A DNA stretch of 64,000 bases from Vicinamibacteria bacterium (GCA_963422395.1 OY729431.1:2432001-2496000); one strand, 5' to 3'. Positions 10,577 through 25,773 are shown, numbered from the stretch's first letter. Notes: generated by a model not told the origin, from the sequence alone. Numbers and translations: made by a program.

Positions 10577-11847
10577 CTACTCCCGATCCGGAACACGAGC
10601 CGTCACCCTACCAGTATGGTTGCCAGGGAATGCGTCCGATCCGTTGTCGAGGTCCGCGGCGCGGATCTCGCCGGTCATCAGCTCGTGGAGGAGGGTCTTG
10701 AACAGGTCATCGAGGACGGCGCGCTTTCCCCGATGCAGCTCCACCTTCCGGTCGATGGCGTCGAGGATGGCGACGATCTCGCATTGTTCGTCTCGAGGCG
10801 GATGCGGAATCGGCAACTCAGCAAGACGGGAACGGGAGAGGTTGGGGATGGTCGTGCGGTTCCCGGCTCCCTCATAAACTCCACGGTGCTTGAATCCCTC
10901 TTCCAGCCATGCCATCGCGAAGCGTGGATGTGTCCAGGAGGAGTCCGAAGAGCGCAGGCGGTGGAGATGGTTCTGAAAGAGACACCGTTCGATCTCGCCG
11001 TTCCAAACGGCGGCGCGACCGATCTCGCCGCCCTCGCAGACCAGAAGATCGTCGTCTCGAAGCATCTTTTTCTCGGGAATGCCGTTGTCGAGGCGCATCC
11101 GGCTGACGGTCTGCAGTTCGATGCGTCCCCAATACACATTCGAGGTGCGGAGGAACGGTGATCCGGTGTCCCCGCTTGCAAGGTTGCCCTTCAGGGAAAG
11201 CCCCTGCTCGATGTCGAAGAGACTGCCGATAGTCTCCAGCTCCCAGCTCTTCGGCAGCGGCCCGATTTCCGTTTCCTTCTGCAGCTCGCCGCGCAGGCCG
11301 CGCGTGAAGAGAGTTCCCATCGCGGCGCGCTTGAGGGACCGCCCCGATTCGATCAAATTCTCGGATGCTCGGATCGCTTCCTGAATGATCCACAGGAAGT
11401 CGGAGATCGTCCGGTGATCGTCGGGCGTGAACGCGGGAAGAACGAACTCGCGTATGTGCGGCCAGGATGTCCTGGGATGCTGCACTCCGGTTACGCCGGA
11501 TACGGCGTACTCTACGAAGGCCGGCGAATGAACGACGCCGGCCACGAAGCGCGGATCGACGCCTTCTTTCGCCCGCAGCACCAGCAGTTCTGTGGTACAA
11601 ACACCTTCGTTCCCAGCGAGCACTGCTTTGTCCAGGTAGGGACGGAGCTTGCCGTAGAGGACATCACCGGGTCGGAAAGCAGACTTGTGGCTCCGCACCT
11701 CCGACGCCTTTCCCGTCCCCACGGGAAGAAACCGTCCGGACGCGAGGTGCTCAAGGCCGATATAGACGGCGTCGGGCCGGTCGCGGGGATCGACATTCTC
11801 CGCGGCGAGGTCGCAAAGGTCCGCGAGGCGCGTCGTCGTAGCGAAGT

Positions 11848-11851
<4 letters not shown>
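10577..11851 (-). CDS. hsdS: Type I restriction-modification specificity subunit
   Basis: Two TRDs ([14 protein letters not shown]; [17 protein letters not shown]) with conserved spacers ([21 protein letters not shown]; [13 protein letters not shown]...LLHELMTG). Confidence 0.92.
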
Positions 11852-13698
<1,847 letters not shown>

Positions 13699-13704
13699 GT
13701 ATGA

Positions 13705-13771
13705 GATATATGCTATATCGAATCCTGACTCGATCATCGCTGGTGATCCCATTCGGCATCCAGGATTCGAT
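13705..13771. promoter_or_regulatory. Divergent promoter region with operator-like inverted repeats upstream of HTH-hsdM
   Basis: GATATA-TGC-TATATC at 13705-13719; ATCGAATCCTG (13717-13727) and CAGGATTCGAT (13761-13771) form an 11-bp inverted repeat; locally AT-rich. Confidence 0.55.
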
Positions 13772-13776
13772 CCGAG

Positions 13777-14736
13777 ATGAAATCGAACGGCCCCGGTCCG
13801 GAACGCGCGCGGTCGAGCGGCGAACAGCGAGGGTCGAGTGCGGTCGTGAGTGTGGACGGCTGGATCGGGCCGCCGGAGGAGGCGAGCGTGCGCCCGCTGG
13901 ACCGGGGTTTCCTCTACGGCGAGGCGGTGTACGAAAACCTCAGGACCTACGGCGGCGAACCCTTCCTCGAAGGCCGCCATCTCGGGCGGCTGCGCCGTTC
14001 GGCGGCGTACCTGGGGATTCCGCTGCGGCTCTCCGACGCCGAGATCGGCGAGCGGCTCCGAGCAGCCCTCTCGGCAGCCGGAGGGGGCGAAGACGGAGAA
14101 CACTCGCTGCGGCTGATCCTCACCGCCGGCCCCGAGGGCGGCGTCCCGTCCCTGGTGATCCTGGTGCGGCCGCTGCCGCCGCTGCCGGTGGATCCGGAGC
14201 GGGAGGGAGTGGGCGTGCTGCTCTTCGACCGGGTGCGGACGGCGCCGGTCGGCTTGCCAGCGGATGTGAAGACTACGAACCTGCTGGGAGGGCGGCTCGC
14301 GGTCCGCGAGGCACATGCTGCCGGAGCGCACGAGGCGGTGTTCCGAAGTCCCGGCGGCGGCCTCGCCGAAGGAGCCACCTCGAATCTGTTCCTCGTCCAC
14401 GATGGAGTGGTCCGCACCGCGCCGGCGTCCGCCGGTCTGCTCCCCGGGATCACCCGCTCCCTCGTGTTCGAAGTGCTGGACGAACTCGGGATCCCGTGCG
14501 AGGAAGCGCGGCTGCCGACGACGCGTCTGGAGGACGCCGACGAAGCCTTTCTCACGAGTTCGTCGCGCGAGGTGCTGCCGGTGACCTGGGTCGCAGCTCC
14601 CGGCAGCCGCCGGCAGGACATCGGCGATAGCCGGCGAATCATCGGGAACGGGAAGCCGGGCGCACTCACTCTGCGCGCCCTCGCCGGCTACCGGCAGACG
14701 GCGCGGCGACTTCTCGGCGCACCGGAACTCGGCTGA
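13777..14736 (+). CDS. PLP-dependent aminotransferase class IV (IlvE/PabC-like)
   Basis: [42 protein letters not shown] and DEAFLTSS. Confidence 0.88.
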   Translation: MKSNGPGPERARSSGEQRGSSAVVSVDGWIGPPEEASVRPLDRGFLYGEAVYENLRTYGGEPFLEGRHLGRLRRSAAYLGIPLRLSDAEIGERLRAALSAAGGGEDGEHSLRLILTAGPEGGVPSLVILVRPLPPLPVDPEREGVGVLLFDRVRTAPVGLPADVKTTNLLGGRLAVREAHAAGAHEAVFRSPGGGLAEGATSNLFLVHDGVVRTAPASAGLLPGITRSLVFEVLDELGIPCEEARLPTTRLEDADEAFLTSSSREVLPVTWVAAPGSRRQDIGDSRRIIGNGKPGALTLRALAGYRQTARRLLGAPELG

Positions 14737-14763
14737 TTCCGGTCCCTTCGGCAGCCCCGGACG

Positions 14764-17154
14764 GTGGTACATTCGTCCGCTAGCATGGTCGCGGCCTCGC
14801 CTCGCGGAAGGCCCCCGTCCGGCGGAAGGATCCGAACCCGCAGAAGCGCCCGAATTCTCCGCTGGAGGATCGCCGGCTCCTGGCCCCTGTTGCTCCTCGG
14901 ATTCGCCGCCCCGCCGGCAGCGGCGGCGCAGCAGCTAGCGGCTGCCCGGGCCATCGATTTCGAAACGGTCCGTTTCGAGCGCCGGCTGACGGCGGTCCGC
15001 GCCGCCGGACCCATCGAGGTGGACGGAGTTCTCGGTGAGGACGAGTGGGCGGGCGCCGCGCTGGTCTCTGGGTTCACCCAGGGGAACCCGAACGAAGGGA
15101 TGCCCGCCACCTTCGAGACCGAAGTCCGGGTGCTATACGACGACGAATCCCTCTACATAGGCGCCTTCGCCTACGACGACGCCCCCGACGAGATCATCGT
15201 GAACGATCTGTCGCGCGACTTCTCGACCCGCGCCGGCGACATCTTCGGAGTGGTGCTGGACACCTTCCACGACCGCCGGAACGGCTACATGTTCGAGACG
15301 AACCCCGCCGGCGCGAAGTTCGACGGGCAGGTCTTCAACGAGGGCCGCGAGTTCAACCGGGACTGGGACGGGGTCTGGCACGTCCGCACCCGGCGGGTCG
15401 CGGGCGGCTGGCAGGTGGAGATGGCGATCCCGTTCAAGACGCTGCGCTTCCGGGAAGACCCGGAGCAGACCTGGGGCATCAACTTCCTGCGCCGGGTCCG
15501 CCGTCTGAACGAGGACGCCTTCTGGGCGCCCATTCCCCGGTTCTTCAACTTCGCCCGCGTCTCCTATTCGGGGACCCTCGAAGGGCTCCTGGACCTGAAA
15601 GCGGGAGGACGGTTCAAGATCACCCCCTATCTGGGCGCCGACACCAGTCAGGGCGCCGCCGAGGTCGATGCCGGCGCGGAGTTCTCCGCCGCTGCCGGGG
15701 TGGATGCGAAGGTGCTCCTGGGGACCGGGCTGAATCTGGACCTGACCGTGAACACCGATTTCTCGCAGGTGGAGGCGGACCTCCAGCAGGTGAACCTCAC
15801 CCGCTACAGCCTCTTCCTCCCCGAAAAACGCGATTTCTTCATCGAGAATTCGGGCATCTTCCGATTCGGGGTTCCCTCGGACTCCCGGCTCAACCAGTTC
15901 CGGGCCGACTTCGGGCAGGCGTTCAATCCGTCGGTCCTGCGATCCAGCCAGAGCCGCGGCGACGACCTGTACCTCTTCTTCAGCCGTCGGATCGGCCTCT
16001 CCGCTTCCGGGACCCCGATCCCGGTGCTCGGAGGCGGAAGGCTCACCGGGCGGGCGGGACCCTACGAACTCGGGATACTGAACATCCAGACCGGCGAACA
16101 CCAGGATGCCCCTCGGTCCGAGAATTTTTCGGCGGTCCGGGTGCGCCGGAACATCGGCGGAAACTCGGATGTGGGCGCCATCTTCCTGAATCGGGAGGCC
16201 GGGTCGGGCAGCGACCACTTCAACCGCTCGGTAGGCGCCGACGCCAACCTCCGCATCACTCCGGAGCTGGAGCTGAACTCCTACTGGGCGCGCACGATGA
16301 GCCCGGCGGCGAACCCGGAGCCGGCGGTAGACCCTGGCGGTCACGAACAAGCCGCCCGGGTCGCGGCCAACTACGACGGGCGGCTCTGGCAGCTTCGCGG
16401 AGCCTGGTCGGTCCTCGGCGACGACTTCGACCCGGAGATGGGCTTCGCTCCGCGGGTCGGCATCCGCCGACTGCTGGGATACGCCGGGTACCACTACCGC
16501 CCGGCCTGGTGGAGCGACTTCCTGCGCGAGTTCAACCCGCACTTCGAGTTCAACGACTTCGAGAACAGCGACGGCGAGCTGGTGAGCCGTTATGTCAACT
16601 GGCACTTCGCCTTCCGCCACCAGAACGGCTCCCTGTTCGAGTTCGGCTACAACGACAGCGTCGAGAACACCTTCGACGCCTTCGACATCCACCCGACGAC
16701 CGTCGTCCAGCCCGGCGAGCACCACTACGACGAGTGGTTCGTGATGGTGTTCTCGAATCCCAGCCGACCGCTGTCGCTGAACGCGCGCTACGACTGGGGC
16801 GGGTTCTATTCGGGTACCCGGAAAGCACTCAACCTGAGCACGGTGGCTCGCGCCGGGGGCAAGCTGACCGCCTATCTCGGCTGGAGCCGGAACGACATCG
16901 CGCTTCCCGAAGGGGAGTTCGTCACCGACCTGCTCACAGCGCGGCTCACCTGGACCTTCACCACCAACATGTTCCTGAACGCGCTGATCCAGTACAACAG
17001 CGTGACCGAAGACTGGAGCTCCAACATCCGCTTCAATCTCATCCACCGACCGCTGTCCGATTTCTTCATCGTGCTCAACGACCGGCGCGACCCGATGGGC
17101 AACCGCCTCGACCGCGCGCTGATCGCCAAGTACACGATCCTGATGGATTTCTGA
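14764..17154 (+). CDS. CBM9-like/DUF5916 outer-membrane-associated protein
   Basis: [47 protein letters not shown] and LFFSRRIG; beta-strand-rich C-terminus ending in F. Confidence 0.8.
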   Translation: MVHSSASMVAASPRGRPPSGGRIRTRRSARILRWRIAGSWPLLLLGFAAPPAAAAQQLAAARAIDFETVRFERRLTAVRAAGPIEVDGVLGEDEWAGAALVSGFTQGNPNEGMPATFETEVRVLYDDESLYIGAFAYDDAPDEIIVNDLSRDFSTRAGDIFGVVLDTFHDRRNGYMFETNPAGAKFDGQVFNEGREFNRDWDGVWHVRTRRVAGGWQVEMAIPFKTLRFREDPEQTWGINFLRRVRRLNEDAFWAPIPRFFNFARVSYSGTLEGLLDLKAGGRFKITPYLGADTSQGAAEVDAGAEFSAAAGVDAKVLLGTGLNLDLTVNTDFSQVEADLQQVNLTRYSLFLPEKRDFFIENSGIFRFGVPSDSRLNQFRADFGQAFNPSVLRSSQSRGDDLYLFFSRRIGLSASGTPIPVLGGGRLTGRAGPYELGILNIQTGEHQDAPRSENFSAVRVRRNIGGNSDVGAIFLNREAGSGSDHFNRSVGADANLRITPELELNSYWARTMSPAANPEPAVDPGGHEQAARVAANYDGRLWQLRGAWSVLGDDFDPEMGFAPRVGIRRLLGYAGYHYRPAWWSDFLREFNPHFEFNDFENSDGELVSRYVNWHFAFRHQNGSLFEFGYNDSVENTFDAFDIHPTTVVQPGEHHYDEWFVMVFSNPSRPLSLNARYDWGGFYSGTRKALNLSTVARAGGKLTAYLGWSRNDIALPEGEFVTDLLTARLTWTFTTNMFLNALIQYNSVTEDWSSNIRFNLIHRPLSDFFIVLNDRRDPMGNRLDRALIAKYTILMDF

Positions 17155-17194
17155 ATCCAGCGATTCCACCCCCGACGGGGGAAGGAGAAACCCC

Positions 17195-17596
17195 ATGAAA
17201 ACCATGCTCGAAAGCCACCGGGACACCGCATACGCACTCTTGCGCATCGTCTCCGGCTTCCTGTTCTTCTGCCACGGTGCCCAGAAGCTCTTCGGGGTGA
17301 TGGGCGGAAATCAGCGTGAGATCCTGTCGTTGATGGGGCTCGCCGGAGTGATCGAGCTCGTCGGCGGCCTGATGCTGATCTTCGGATTCCTCACCGGCGT
17401 CACCGCATTCGTGTGCAGCGGCCAGATGGCGGTCGCCTACTTCATGGCCCATCAGTTCCGCGCCGACGAGGCGGGTGCGATGCTCGGCTGGTTACCGATC
17501 CAGAATCGGGGCGAGCTTGCGGTGCTCTACTGCTTCTTGTTCCTGTTCATCGCCATGACCGGAGCCGGAAAGTGGAGCCTCGACGAACGCCGCTGA
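17195..17596 (+). CDS. DoxX family membrane protein
   Basis: LLRIVSGFLFFCHGAQKLFG...MAVAYFMAH...GAGKWSLD; good RBS (GAAGGAG). Confidence 0.9.
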   Translation: MKTMLESHRDTAYALLRIVSGFLFFCHGAQKLFGVMGGNQREILSLMGLAGVIELVGGLMLIFGFLTGVTAFVCSGQMAVAYFMAHQFRADEAGAMLGWLPIQNRGELAVLYCFLFLFIAMTGAGKWSLDERR

Positions 17597-17624
17597 CCGG
17601 CTGACCCCACCTTCCGCCGAGCTG

Positions 17625-17653
17625 CCGCGGACAGGGCTTCCCCTCGTCCGCGG
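17625..17653. terminator. GC-rich hairpin between convergent doxX and HNH genes (possible terminator)
   Basis: CCGCGGAC (17625-17632) pairs with GTCCGCGG (17646-17653); no clear U-tract. Confidence 0.3.
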
Positions 17654-17783
17654 TGCAGCGGGGGAGGTGACTCAGAATCCGAACTCGCTGCCCCCGGCAG
17701 TTCGGATTCCCGGCGCGAAGCGCCGGGCGGTTCGGGGGCGGGGCGTCACGCTCTTCCCGAGGGGTGCGAGACGCAAGCCGACC

Positions 17784-18740
17784 TCACTCCCCGTTCCCGA
17801 ACCGCTCAGCCCTGACCTCGCGCGCCGGCGGCCGGAAGACCTCCTTCCGGTGCCAGCGGATGTATTCATGCCCGGGTTCGTGCGCGCTGTCCACCGGCAG
17901 CCGGATATCCCTCCCGTTGTAGCGCAGCAGGTGCCCGGTGGAATCGGCATGCCCGTTAACTTCGCGGGAGACGATCACCCGAACCCGGCCAGCGGCGGGT
18001 TCGGGTTCGAGGCCGATGGCCCCCCGGTCGAAGGCCCGGTGGTGGAGGACGCAGAGCGCGAGGCCGTTCGGGATTTCGTCGGGGCCCCCATGGGTATGCC
18101 AGCGGATGTGCGCCGCTTCGAGACCGAGGAGGTCGTCGCCGAGACGGATGTCGTAGCCGCAGACCGCGCAGCGCCGTTCGTAGGCGGAGAACACCTCGGT
18201 CCGGAAATTCGAGACTCGGGGGCGGCCCGGTTGCCAGAGGGCGATCTCCGCCTCTCCAGCCGCTGCATCGAGCCCGACCGCTTCGAGGATGTCCCGGTGG
18301 AAGGACTCGGCGAAGTGCTCTTCGAGAAGGCGCTGCGCCAGGAGCGCAGCGAGCCCGGGGTCCGCCGCCAGCGAGCGGTGCAGCGGCTCGGGCAGCCCCC
18401 CTTCGACGGCGCGCAGGTCGGCTATCGGAGGATCCCCTGAATCGGTCAGGGGGACCGAGACGGCGCGGGGGATCTCCCACAGGTCCTCGTCGTTCCGCAG
18501 CCGCCAGAAGGGCATCCCCGGGTGGAGCGTCTGGCGCGGAGGGCCGAACCGCCGAAGGAGCTCTCCGATCGGCTCCTCCGCATCCCGAAACCGGACTAGC
18601 CGAGGCTCGTTCCGCAGCGCGCGCCCGATCGCCCAGAGCAGGAGCAGCGGCTTGTGGGGCGCCCGCTCACCGCCACGCTTCCATATCCGCAGCTCCGACA
18701 GGCACCGGAGGACCTCATCCTCTTTCATCGGCCCGTTCAT
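17784..18740 (-). CDS. Phosphorothioated-DNA-binding (SBD)-HNH restriction endonuclease, ScoMcrA-SBD/EcoWI-like
   Basis: N-terminal RAPHKPLLLLWA and PFWRL sulfur-binding-domain motifs; C-terminal CAVC...EAAHI...NGLALCVLHHRAFD HNH domain; start 18740 or 18728. Confidence 0.82.
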   Translation of the reverse strand: MNGPMKEDEVLRCLSELRIWKRGGERAPHKPLLLLWAIGRALRNEPRLVRFRDAEEPIGELLRRFGPPRQTLHPGMPFWRLRNDEDLWEIPRAVSVPLTDSGDPPIADLRAVEGGLPEPLHRSLAADPGLAALLAQRLLEEHFAESFHRDILEAVGLDAAAGEAEIALWQPGRPRVSNFRTEVFSAYERRCAVCGYDIRLGDDLLGLEAAHIRWHTHGGPDEIPNGLALCVLHHRAFDRGAIGLEPEPAAGRVRVIVSREVNGHADSTGHLLRYNGRDIRLPVDSAHEPGHEYIRWHRKEVFRPPAREVRAERFGNGE

Positions 18741-18917
18741 CGGGGGGGCGACTCTACCGGAATCGGCTCCCGAGGGATCGTCGCCGATGGAGCGACGGAT
18801 TCTGACATCCGACCGCGGTAGGGTCTTTCTCGCGGGGCCCGGAAGGCCGGCCGGTACAATGGCACTCCAACGGGTCGCCGCCGAGACGCCCGCACCCCTC
18901 CGACGCCACAGTTCCCG

Positions 18918-20016
<1,099 letters not shown>

Positions 20017-20020
<4 letters not shown>

Positions 20021-23000
20021 GTCAGGAGATGCCGGCCTCCGTCGAGGCCCGGCCGCTTTCGGAGTTCTTTCGGATTCCGAACCGCTTCCACCGTTCGGTG
20101 CACCTGTCCCGCGACCGGCAGCGGAAGCGCGGCGCCGCCGAATACCTGGTCACCGGGGCCATCGCCGAGACGGCGGGCCAGATCCTGGACGAGCTCTCCC
20201 GTCCGGAAGGGACCCGCGCCTGGACCCTGACCGGCCCGTACGGCTCGGGGAAGTCGGCCTTCCTGCTGTTCCTCACCGACCTGCTGGCGAGCCGCGACCC
20301 GTACCATCCGGAGGCGCGCTCGCTGCGGCGGGAACGGCTTCCCGAAAGCCCCGCACTCCGCCCGATCCTGCTCCAGGCGGAGGCCGCTCCGCTGGCTCCG
20401 GCCCTCACCGCCGCTCTCGCGGATTCGGGGATCGGGGAAGTCAGCGGCCGCGCCCGCGCCCTCTCGCGCCGGCGCGAACCCTCGGGCAGCGAATGCGCCG
20501 GACTGCTCGCCGAGGCCGCGGCAGCGAGCGGCGGCGGGCTGATGGTGGCAGTGGACGAACTGGGGAAGTATCTCGAACACGCTGCCGGAAGGAACGAGGA
20601 AGACATCTTCCTGCTGCAGCAACTCGCCGAAGCAGCAGCCCGCAGCGAGAAACCGCTGCTCCTGATCGGCGCCCTCCATTCCGGGTTTTCCGACTATCTC
20701 TCCGGCAGCCGCGCGGACGCGGCCGTCCAGCGCGCCGAATGGCAGAAGGTGCAGGGCCGGTTCCACGACCTGCCGTTCGCACTGCCCAACGAACAGGTCC
20801 TCGATCTGGTGGGCAAAGCGCTCCGGAGCGGCGCCGAGACTCTGCGCCGCGGCTACGCAGAACGGACCGCCCGGATCGCAGCAGCGATCGGCCCGGCAGT
20901 TCGGAGGGGCCGGAAAACGAACCGACTCGCCGCCTGCGCTCCCCTCCACCCGATCACCGCGCTGCTGCTCTGGCCGCTCTTCCGCAGCAAGGCGGCCCAG
21001 AACGAACGCTCGCTGTTCACCTTCCTGACGAGCCACGAGCCCTTCGGCTTTCGTGAGTTCCTGCACCGCGAGACCGCAGCCCCGGGGAAGCCGCTTCCCT
21101 TCTTCCGGCTGCCCGAGCTCCACGACTACGCCGCCGACGCGCTCGGCTCGGCCGCCTTCACCGGCGCCGGCGCCCGCCACTGGAGTCTCATGGCCCAGGC
21201 GCTGGAACGAGTGCCGGCCGACGCGCCCCCGCTCGCTGCCGGACTGGTGAAGGCGGTCGGTCTGCTCTCCCTCTACGGCGAAGCCGCCGGGCTCCGAGCG
21301 GACCGGGAGACCCTGGAGGCGGTCTTCGACGACCGGGAAGAGGAAGCGGTGACCACCGCCATAGAAGCCCTCAGCGAAGCATCCATCGTGCTGTTCCGGC
21401 GGCATCGGCACGCCTTCGGCCTCTGGGAGGGATCGGACATCGACCTCGACGCCGCCTTCGAACGGGCGATCCGGGACCAGGGGGCGGAGCCCCTCTTCCG
21501 CCGCCTGCGGCGGGTGGGGGAGCCGCGCCCAGTCGCGGCGCGGGCGCACAGCGTTCGGGGTGGAACGCTCCGCTGGTTCGAGACGCGCCTCAGCGGGCCT
21601 TCGGAAGCGGAGCTGGCGCAAGCCGTCGAGGCGCCCACCGAGGCCGACGGCCTCTTGCTGTTCGTAGTCGGCCGACAGCCGGAGGCTGCTGAAAGTGCGC
21701 GCCGAGCGAGCCGGGCCGCCGACCGGCCGCGTCAGAAACCGGTGCTGGCCGCGGCGCCGCACTCCCCCGAAGCGCTCGCCGACTGCCTCGACGAGGTCGA
21801 GGGCTGGCAATGGGTACGGGACAACACCCCCGAACTCGGCGGCGACGACACCGCCCGCCGCGAGGTCGAAGCCCGGGAAGAAGCGGCCCGCCGACGATTC
21901 GAGCGAAACGCCGGGCCGACCCTCGGCCTCGGGGGACATGTCCTCGATCCCTCACGGTGCGACTGGTTCGTGAAGGGAGAGAAGAAGCGGGGAATCGCGG
22001 CCCCGCGCCGGCTGCAGCAGCTGCTGTCCCGAATCTTCGACGACGCCTACGACGAGGCCCCTCCGCTCCACAACGAACTGTTGGCCCGGCGGAACCTCTC
22101 CTCGGCGGCCGCCGCCGGGCGCCGGAATCTGATCGAGCGGATCGTCTCCGACACCGGGCAGGAGCGGCTTTCGATCGAGGGCTTCGGGCCGGAGTACAGC
22201 ATGTTCTGCTCGCTGGTCGAGGCCGGCGGCTTCAGGCGCCGGGGGGAACACGGCGCTCTCGAATTCGGCGCCCCTCGGGAACCCGGCTGGCAGCCGGTCT
22301 GGAAGGCGATCTCCGACTTCGTCGAGGATGCCCGCGACCGCCCCCGCCCGCTCTCCGAACTGGTCGTCCGGCTGGAGTCCCCGCCCTTCGGACTCCCCCG
22401 GGGTCCGTTCCCGGTGTGGATGACCCTGTTCCTCAAGGCCCGGGGCGCGAGCGCGGCCCTCTACGAGGACGGAATGTTCGTCCCCGGAACCGGGATCGAG
22501 ACCCTGGAGCGGTTGACCCGGCGGCCCGAGACCTTCGCCATCCGGTCGTTCCGTTTCGGGCGGGAAGAGCGCGCAGTGCTCCGGGCGGTGAGCCGGAAGT
22601 TCGACTGCGCGCCATCTCTGGTTCTCCTCGCCAGGAACCTCGTCGGCGGGGCGGTTCGGCTTTCGCCCTACGCGCGGCAGACGAAACGGATTTCGGACGC
22701 CGCCCGCCGGGTGCGTGACGAGCTGTTGACGGCACGGGACCCGCGCGATCTGCTGCTGCGCGACCTGCCCGCCGCCGTCGGGATTCGCTGCGAAGACGAG
22801 GCAGCCGGCGGCGAATTCGCGTCGAAGCTTCGGGAAGCCGCGGAGGAGTGCCGCGAGGCTCTGCCCCAGCTGCTGGAGCGGATCGAAGCGGTGCTCGGCG
22901 ACGCATTCGGGATCCCCGAACGGGGAGAGGAGTTGCGGCGGTCACTGCGGGAACGGGCGCGGCAGCTCGCCGGCCGGGCGACCGACGACCGGCTCCGCCA

Positions 23001-23382
23001 GTTCCTCGAAGCCGCCGGTCGGACCGAGGGGAAGGGGAGGAGCGCAAGGCCCGGGAGAAGCGGAGGGCCCGGAGGCGATTGGCGGGCGGTGCTCGCGCTG
23101 CCGCTCGCGGGCGGCCTCCCGCCGGAGCGCTGGACCGACGATCTGGCCGCCGCCGCCGAGGCGCGCCTGCGGCTGCTGGCGGGCGAGGTCGAGCGGATCG
23201 AAGGCGCCGTCCGACTCTCGAGGCCGGCCAACGCGGATGCCCTCTTCGAGCGTTGGCGCCGGGATGTCGAAGCCGCCGGAGTGAGCGGGCTGCCGCCGGG
23301 CGAATGCCGGAAGGCCGCCGAGCAGCTCGCGGCGTTCCTCGGCAGGCGGTACCCGACGGCCGAATCGAGACCGACAGCATGA
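20017..23382 (+). CDS. sspC: Large P-loop ATPase, SspC-like
   Basis: FHRSVHL, Walker A LTGPYGSGKS, Walker B AVDELGKYLE, EWQKVQGRF and AQNERSLFTFL; ATGA overlap with the DUF4007 stop. Confidence 0.72.
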
Positions 23383-24212
23383 TCGAGGGCGGCGCGCGGA
23401 GGGCAGCCGACAGCCCGCGCCACATCGTGACGCTCTCCGGCGGCAAGGACTCGACGGCTCTCGCGCTCTATCTGCGAGAGAAGAACCCCGACACCCCCTA
23501 CGAATACCTCTTCTGCGACACCCACAAGGAACTCCCCGAGACCTACGAGTACCTGGCGCGGATCGAGGCCCGGCTCGAACAGCCGATCGTCCGCCTCGCC
23601 TCCGCCCACGGAGACCGCGGATTCGACCACTTCCTGAAGCTGTACGGGGGGTTCCTCCCGTCGCCGAGCGCCCGCTGGTGCACCCGCAGGCTCAAGATCG
23701 AGCCCTTCGAGCAGTACGTCGGCGACGACCCGACCCGTCTCTATGTCGGGATTCGCGCCGACGAGAACCGCAGCGGCTACATCTCCACGAAACCCAACAT
23801 CGAAGCGGTCTTTCCGTTCCGGGAGGACGGCCTCGGACGCGGCGAGGTGCTGCGGATCCTGGAGCGGAGCGGCGTGGGGCTGCCCCGCTACTACGAGTGG
23901 CGTTCCCGGTCCGGCTGTTACTTCTGCTTCTTCCAGCAGCGCGGCGAATGGGTTCGGCTGCGGGAGCGGCACCCGGAGCTGTTCGAGAAGGCCAAGGCTT
24001 ACGAGAAGGAAGAGCAGGGATACACCTGGGTGTCGCAGGAGAGCCTCTCGCGGATGGAAGACCCCGCCCGCCGGAAGCAGATCCAGGAGCGGGATGAGGC
24101 CGAACGGGCGCGCCGCGCCGCCCGCCGAAAGCCGAAGACCCTCGGCCAGGCCTTCGGCTACGAAGAACCCGACGATGACGAAGAAGACATATGCCTGATG
24201 TGTCACAAGTAG
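23379..24212 (+). CDS. sspD: PAPS-reductase-family PP-loop ATP pyrophosphatase, SspD-like
   Basis: LSGGKDS PP-loop, RWCTRRLKI, VGIRADE, RSGCYFCFFQ and C-terminal CLMCHK; ATGA overlap with the ATPase stop. Confidence 0.8.
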   Translation: MIEGGARRAADSPRHIVTLSGGKDSTALALYLREKNPDTPYEYLFCDTHKELPETYEYLARIEARLEQPIVRLASAHGDRGFDHFLKLYGGFLPSPSARWCTRRLKIEPFEQYVGDDPTRLYVGIRADENRSGYISTKPNIEAVFPFREDGLGRGEVLRILERSGVGLPRYYEWRSRSGCYFCFFQQRGEWVRLRERHPELFEKAKAYEKEEQGYTWVSQESLSRMEDPARRKQIQERDEAERARRAARRKPKTLGQAFGYEEPDDDEEDICLMCHK

Positions 24213-25426
24213 GAATCGATCCGGTGCTCGAACGGCGGATCTACCTCGATCACCAGGCGTCCACTCCGATGGACCCGTCGGCGCTCGCGCTGATGCATCA
24301 CACCGCTGCGCTTTTCCACGCAAACCCGTCGAGCTCCCATCTCGCGGGCCGCCGCGCCCGCGAAGTCGTCGAAAGGGCGCGCGCCCGGGTCGCGGAGGCG
24401 GTGTCCGCACTCCCCGAAGAGATCGTGTTCACCTCCGGGGCCACCGAGAGCAACAACCTCGCCCTCCTCGGCGCCGCCCGCGCCGCGCTCGAACGGGGCG
24501 GCTCTCGCCGAGGCCTCGTCACCCTGCCGGTCGAACACCCCTCGGTCCTGGCTCCGGCCCGCCATTTGGAGGCGCAGGGATTCCGGCTGCGGCTGGTGCC
24601 GGTCGGGAGCGACGGAAGAGTGATCCTGGAAGCGCTGGAAGAGCAGCTCGACGAGGGAGTCCTGCTGCTGAGCATCCAGGCGGCGAACAACGAGATCGGC
24701 ACGATCCAGCCGCTGGCGGAAGCGGCGGCGCTCGCCCGGAAGCACGGCGTCCTGGTCCACTGCGACGCGGCCCAGGCCCTCGGAAAGACCCCGCTCGAAG
24801 TGGAGGCGCTCGACCTCGATTTCGCCTCGCTGAGCGCGCACAAGTGCGCCGGTCCCAAGGGGGTGGGAGCGCTCTTCGTGCGCCACGGCGTCCGCCGCGC
24901 CCCCATCGCCCCGATCGCCTTCGGCGGCGGCCACGAACGGGGCCTCCGCCCCGGCACCCAGAACACCCCCGCCATCGCCGGCTTCGGCGAAGCAGCGGAA
25001 CGCGCCGCCGCCCGGCTCCCGGAAGAAGCCCCGCGGCTCGCCCGGCTCCGCGACCGGCTCGAACGCCGCATCCTGGACGGGGCGCCCGGCGCCCGGGTCA
25101 ACGGCGCCGTCGGCCACCGGGTCCCCGGCGCCACCTCGATCACCTTCCCGGGCCTCGACGCCGACGCCCTGATCGCGAATCTCCCGGATCTCGACATCTC
25201 GAACGCTTCGGCCTGCCACGCCGGAATCCCGGAGCCGTCGCATGTCCTCCGCGCCATCGGCTTGTCGCGCGAAGACGCCTACGCCACCGTCCGCCTCGCC
25301 CTCGACCGCCCCCGAGCCGACAGCCCCCGAGCCGACAGCGCCGTCGACCGAATCGCCGACCGAATCACCGGAGCGATTCGAACGCTGCGCCGTCTTTTGG
25401 CCTCGTCCCCCGGCGCGCCGCTCTAG
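24191..25426 (+). CDS. sspA: Cysteine desulfurase (IscS/DndA/SspA-like)
   Basis: IYLDHQAST, FTSGATESNN, ANNEIGT, HCDAAQ, SAHK (PLP Lys), RPGTQN and SNASACHAG (catalytic Cys). Confidence 0.88.
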   Translation: MPDVSQVGIDPVLERRIYLDHQASTPMDPSALALMHHTAALFHANPSSSHLAGRRAREVVERARARVAEAVSALPEEIVFTSGATESNNLALLGAARAALERGGSRRGLVTLPVEHPSVLAPARHLEAQGFRLRLVPVGSDGRVILEALEEQLDEGVLLLSIQAANNEIGTIQPLAEAAALARKHGVLVHCDAAQALGKTPLEVEALDLDFASLSAHKCAGPKGVGALFVRHGVRRAPIAPIAFGGGHERGLRPGTQNTPAIAGFGEAAERAAARLPEEAPRLARLRDRLERRILDGAPGARVNGAVGHRVPGATSITFPGLDADALIANLPDLDISNASACHAGIPEPSHVLRAIGLSREDAYATVRLALDRPRADSPRADSAVDRIADRITGAIRTLRRLLASSPGAPL

Positions 25427-25428
25427 AA

Positions 25429-25773
25429 GTGGCTGCTATCGCACTCGACCGCCGCAGAACCGGACCCCTCGCGTTCACCTATCACAACATCGAATGTTCC
25501 CCGCGCGAGCCTGGCGTCTATGAATTCTGGTTCAGGCGGCGATGCCTCTATGTCGGACAGTCGAAGGATGTCCGAGGTCGTTTGCTGCAGCACTGGAACG
25601 CTAGCCACAACGCCGATCTTCGGCTCTGGATCGAGGCCTACGGCAAGGACCTGTCATTCGAGTACTCCATTTGTCCATTCGATCACCGTCAGCAGGAAGA
25701 GCGTCGTCGAATCCTGAAACTCCGACCTGAAGTGAATATCGCTCTGACAGAACTTAGAAAAGGAGATTCCTGA
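25429..25773 (+). CDS. Small stand-alone GIY-YIG nuclease
   Basis: PGVYEFW...CLYVGQSKDVRGRLLQH...EERRRI...PEVN matches the GIY-YIG Y/Y-G/R/H/E/N pattern; GTG start 2 nt after the desulfurase stop. Confidence 0.72.
   Translation: MAAIALDRRRTGPLAFTYHNIECSPREPGVYEFWFRRRCLYVGQSKDVRGRLLQHWNASHNADLRLWIEAYGKDLSFEYSICPFDHRQQEERRRILKLRPEVNIALTELRKGDS

Noticed and set aside
23379-25426. Housekeeping cysH/iscS (sulfate assimilation or Fe-S assembly)
   Set aside because: No cys, isc or suf neighbours; both genes overlap the DUF4007-ATPase operon.
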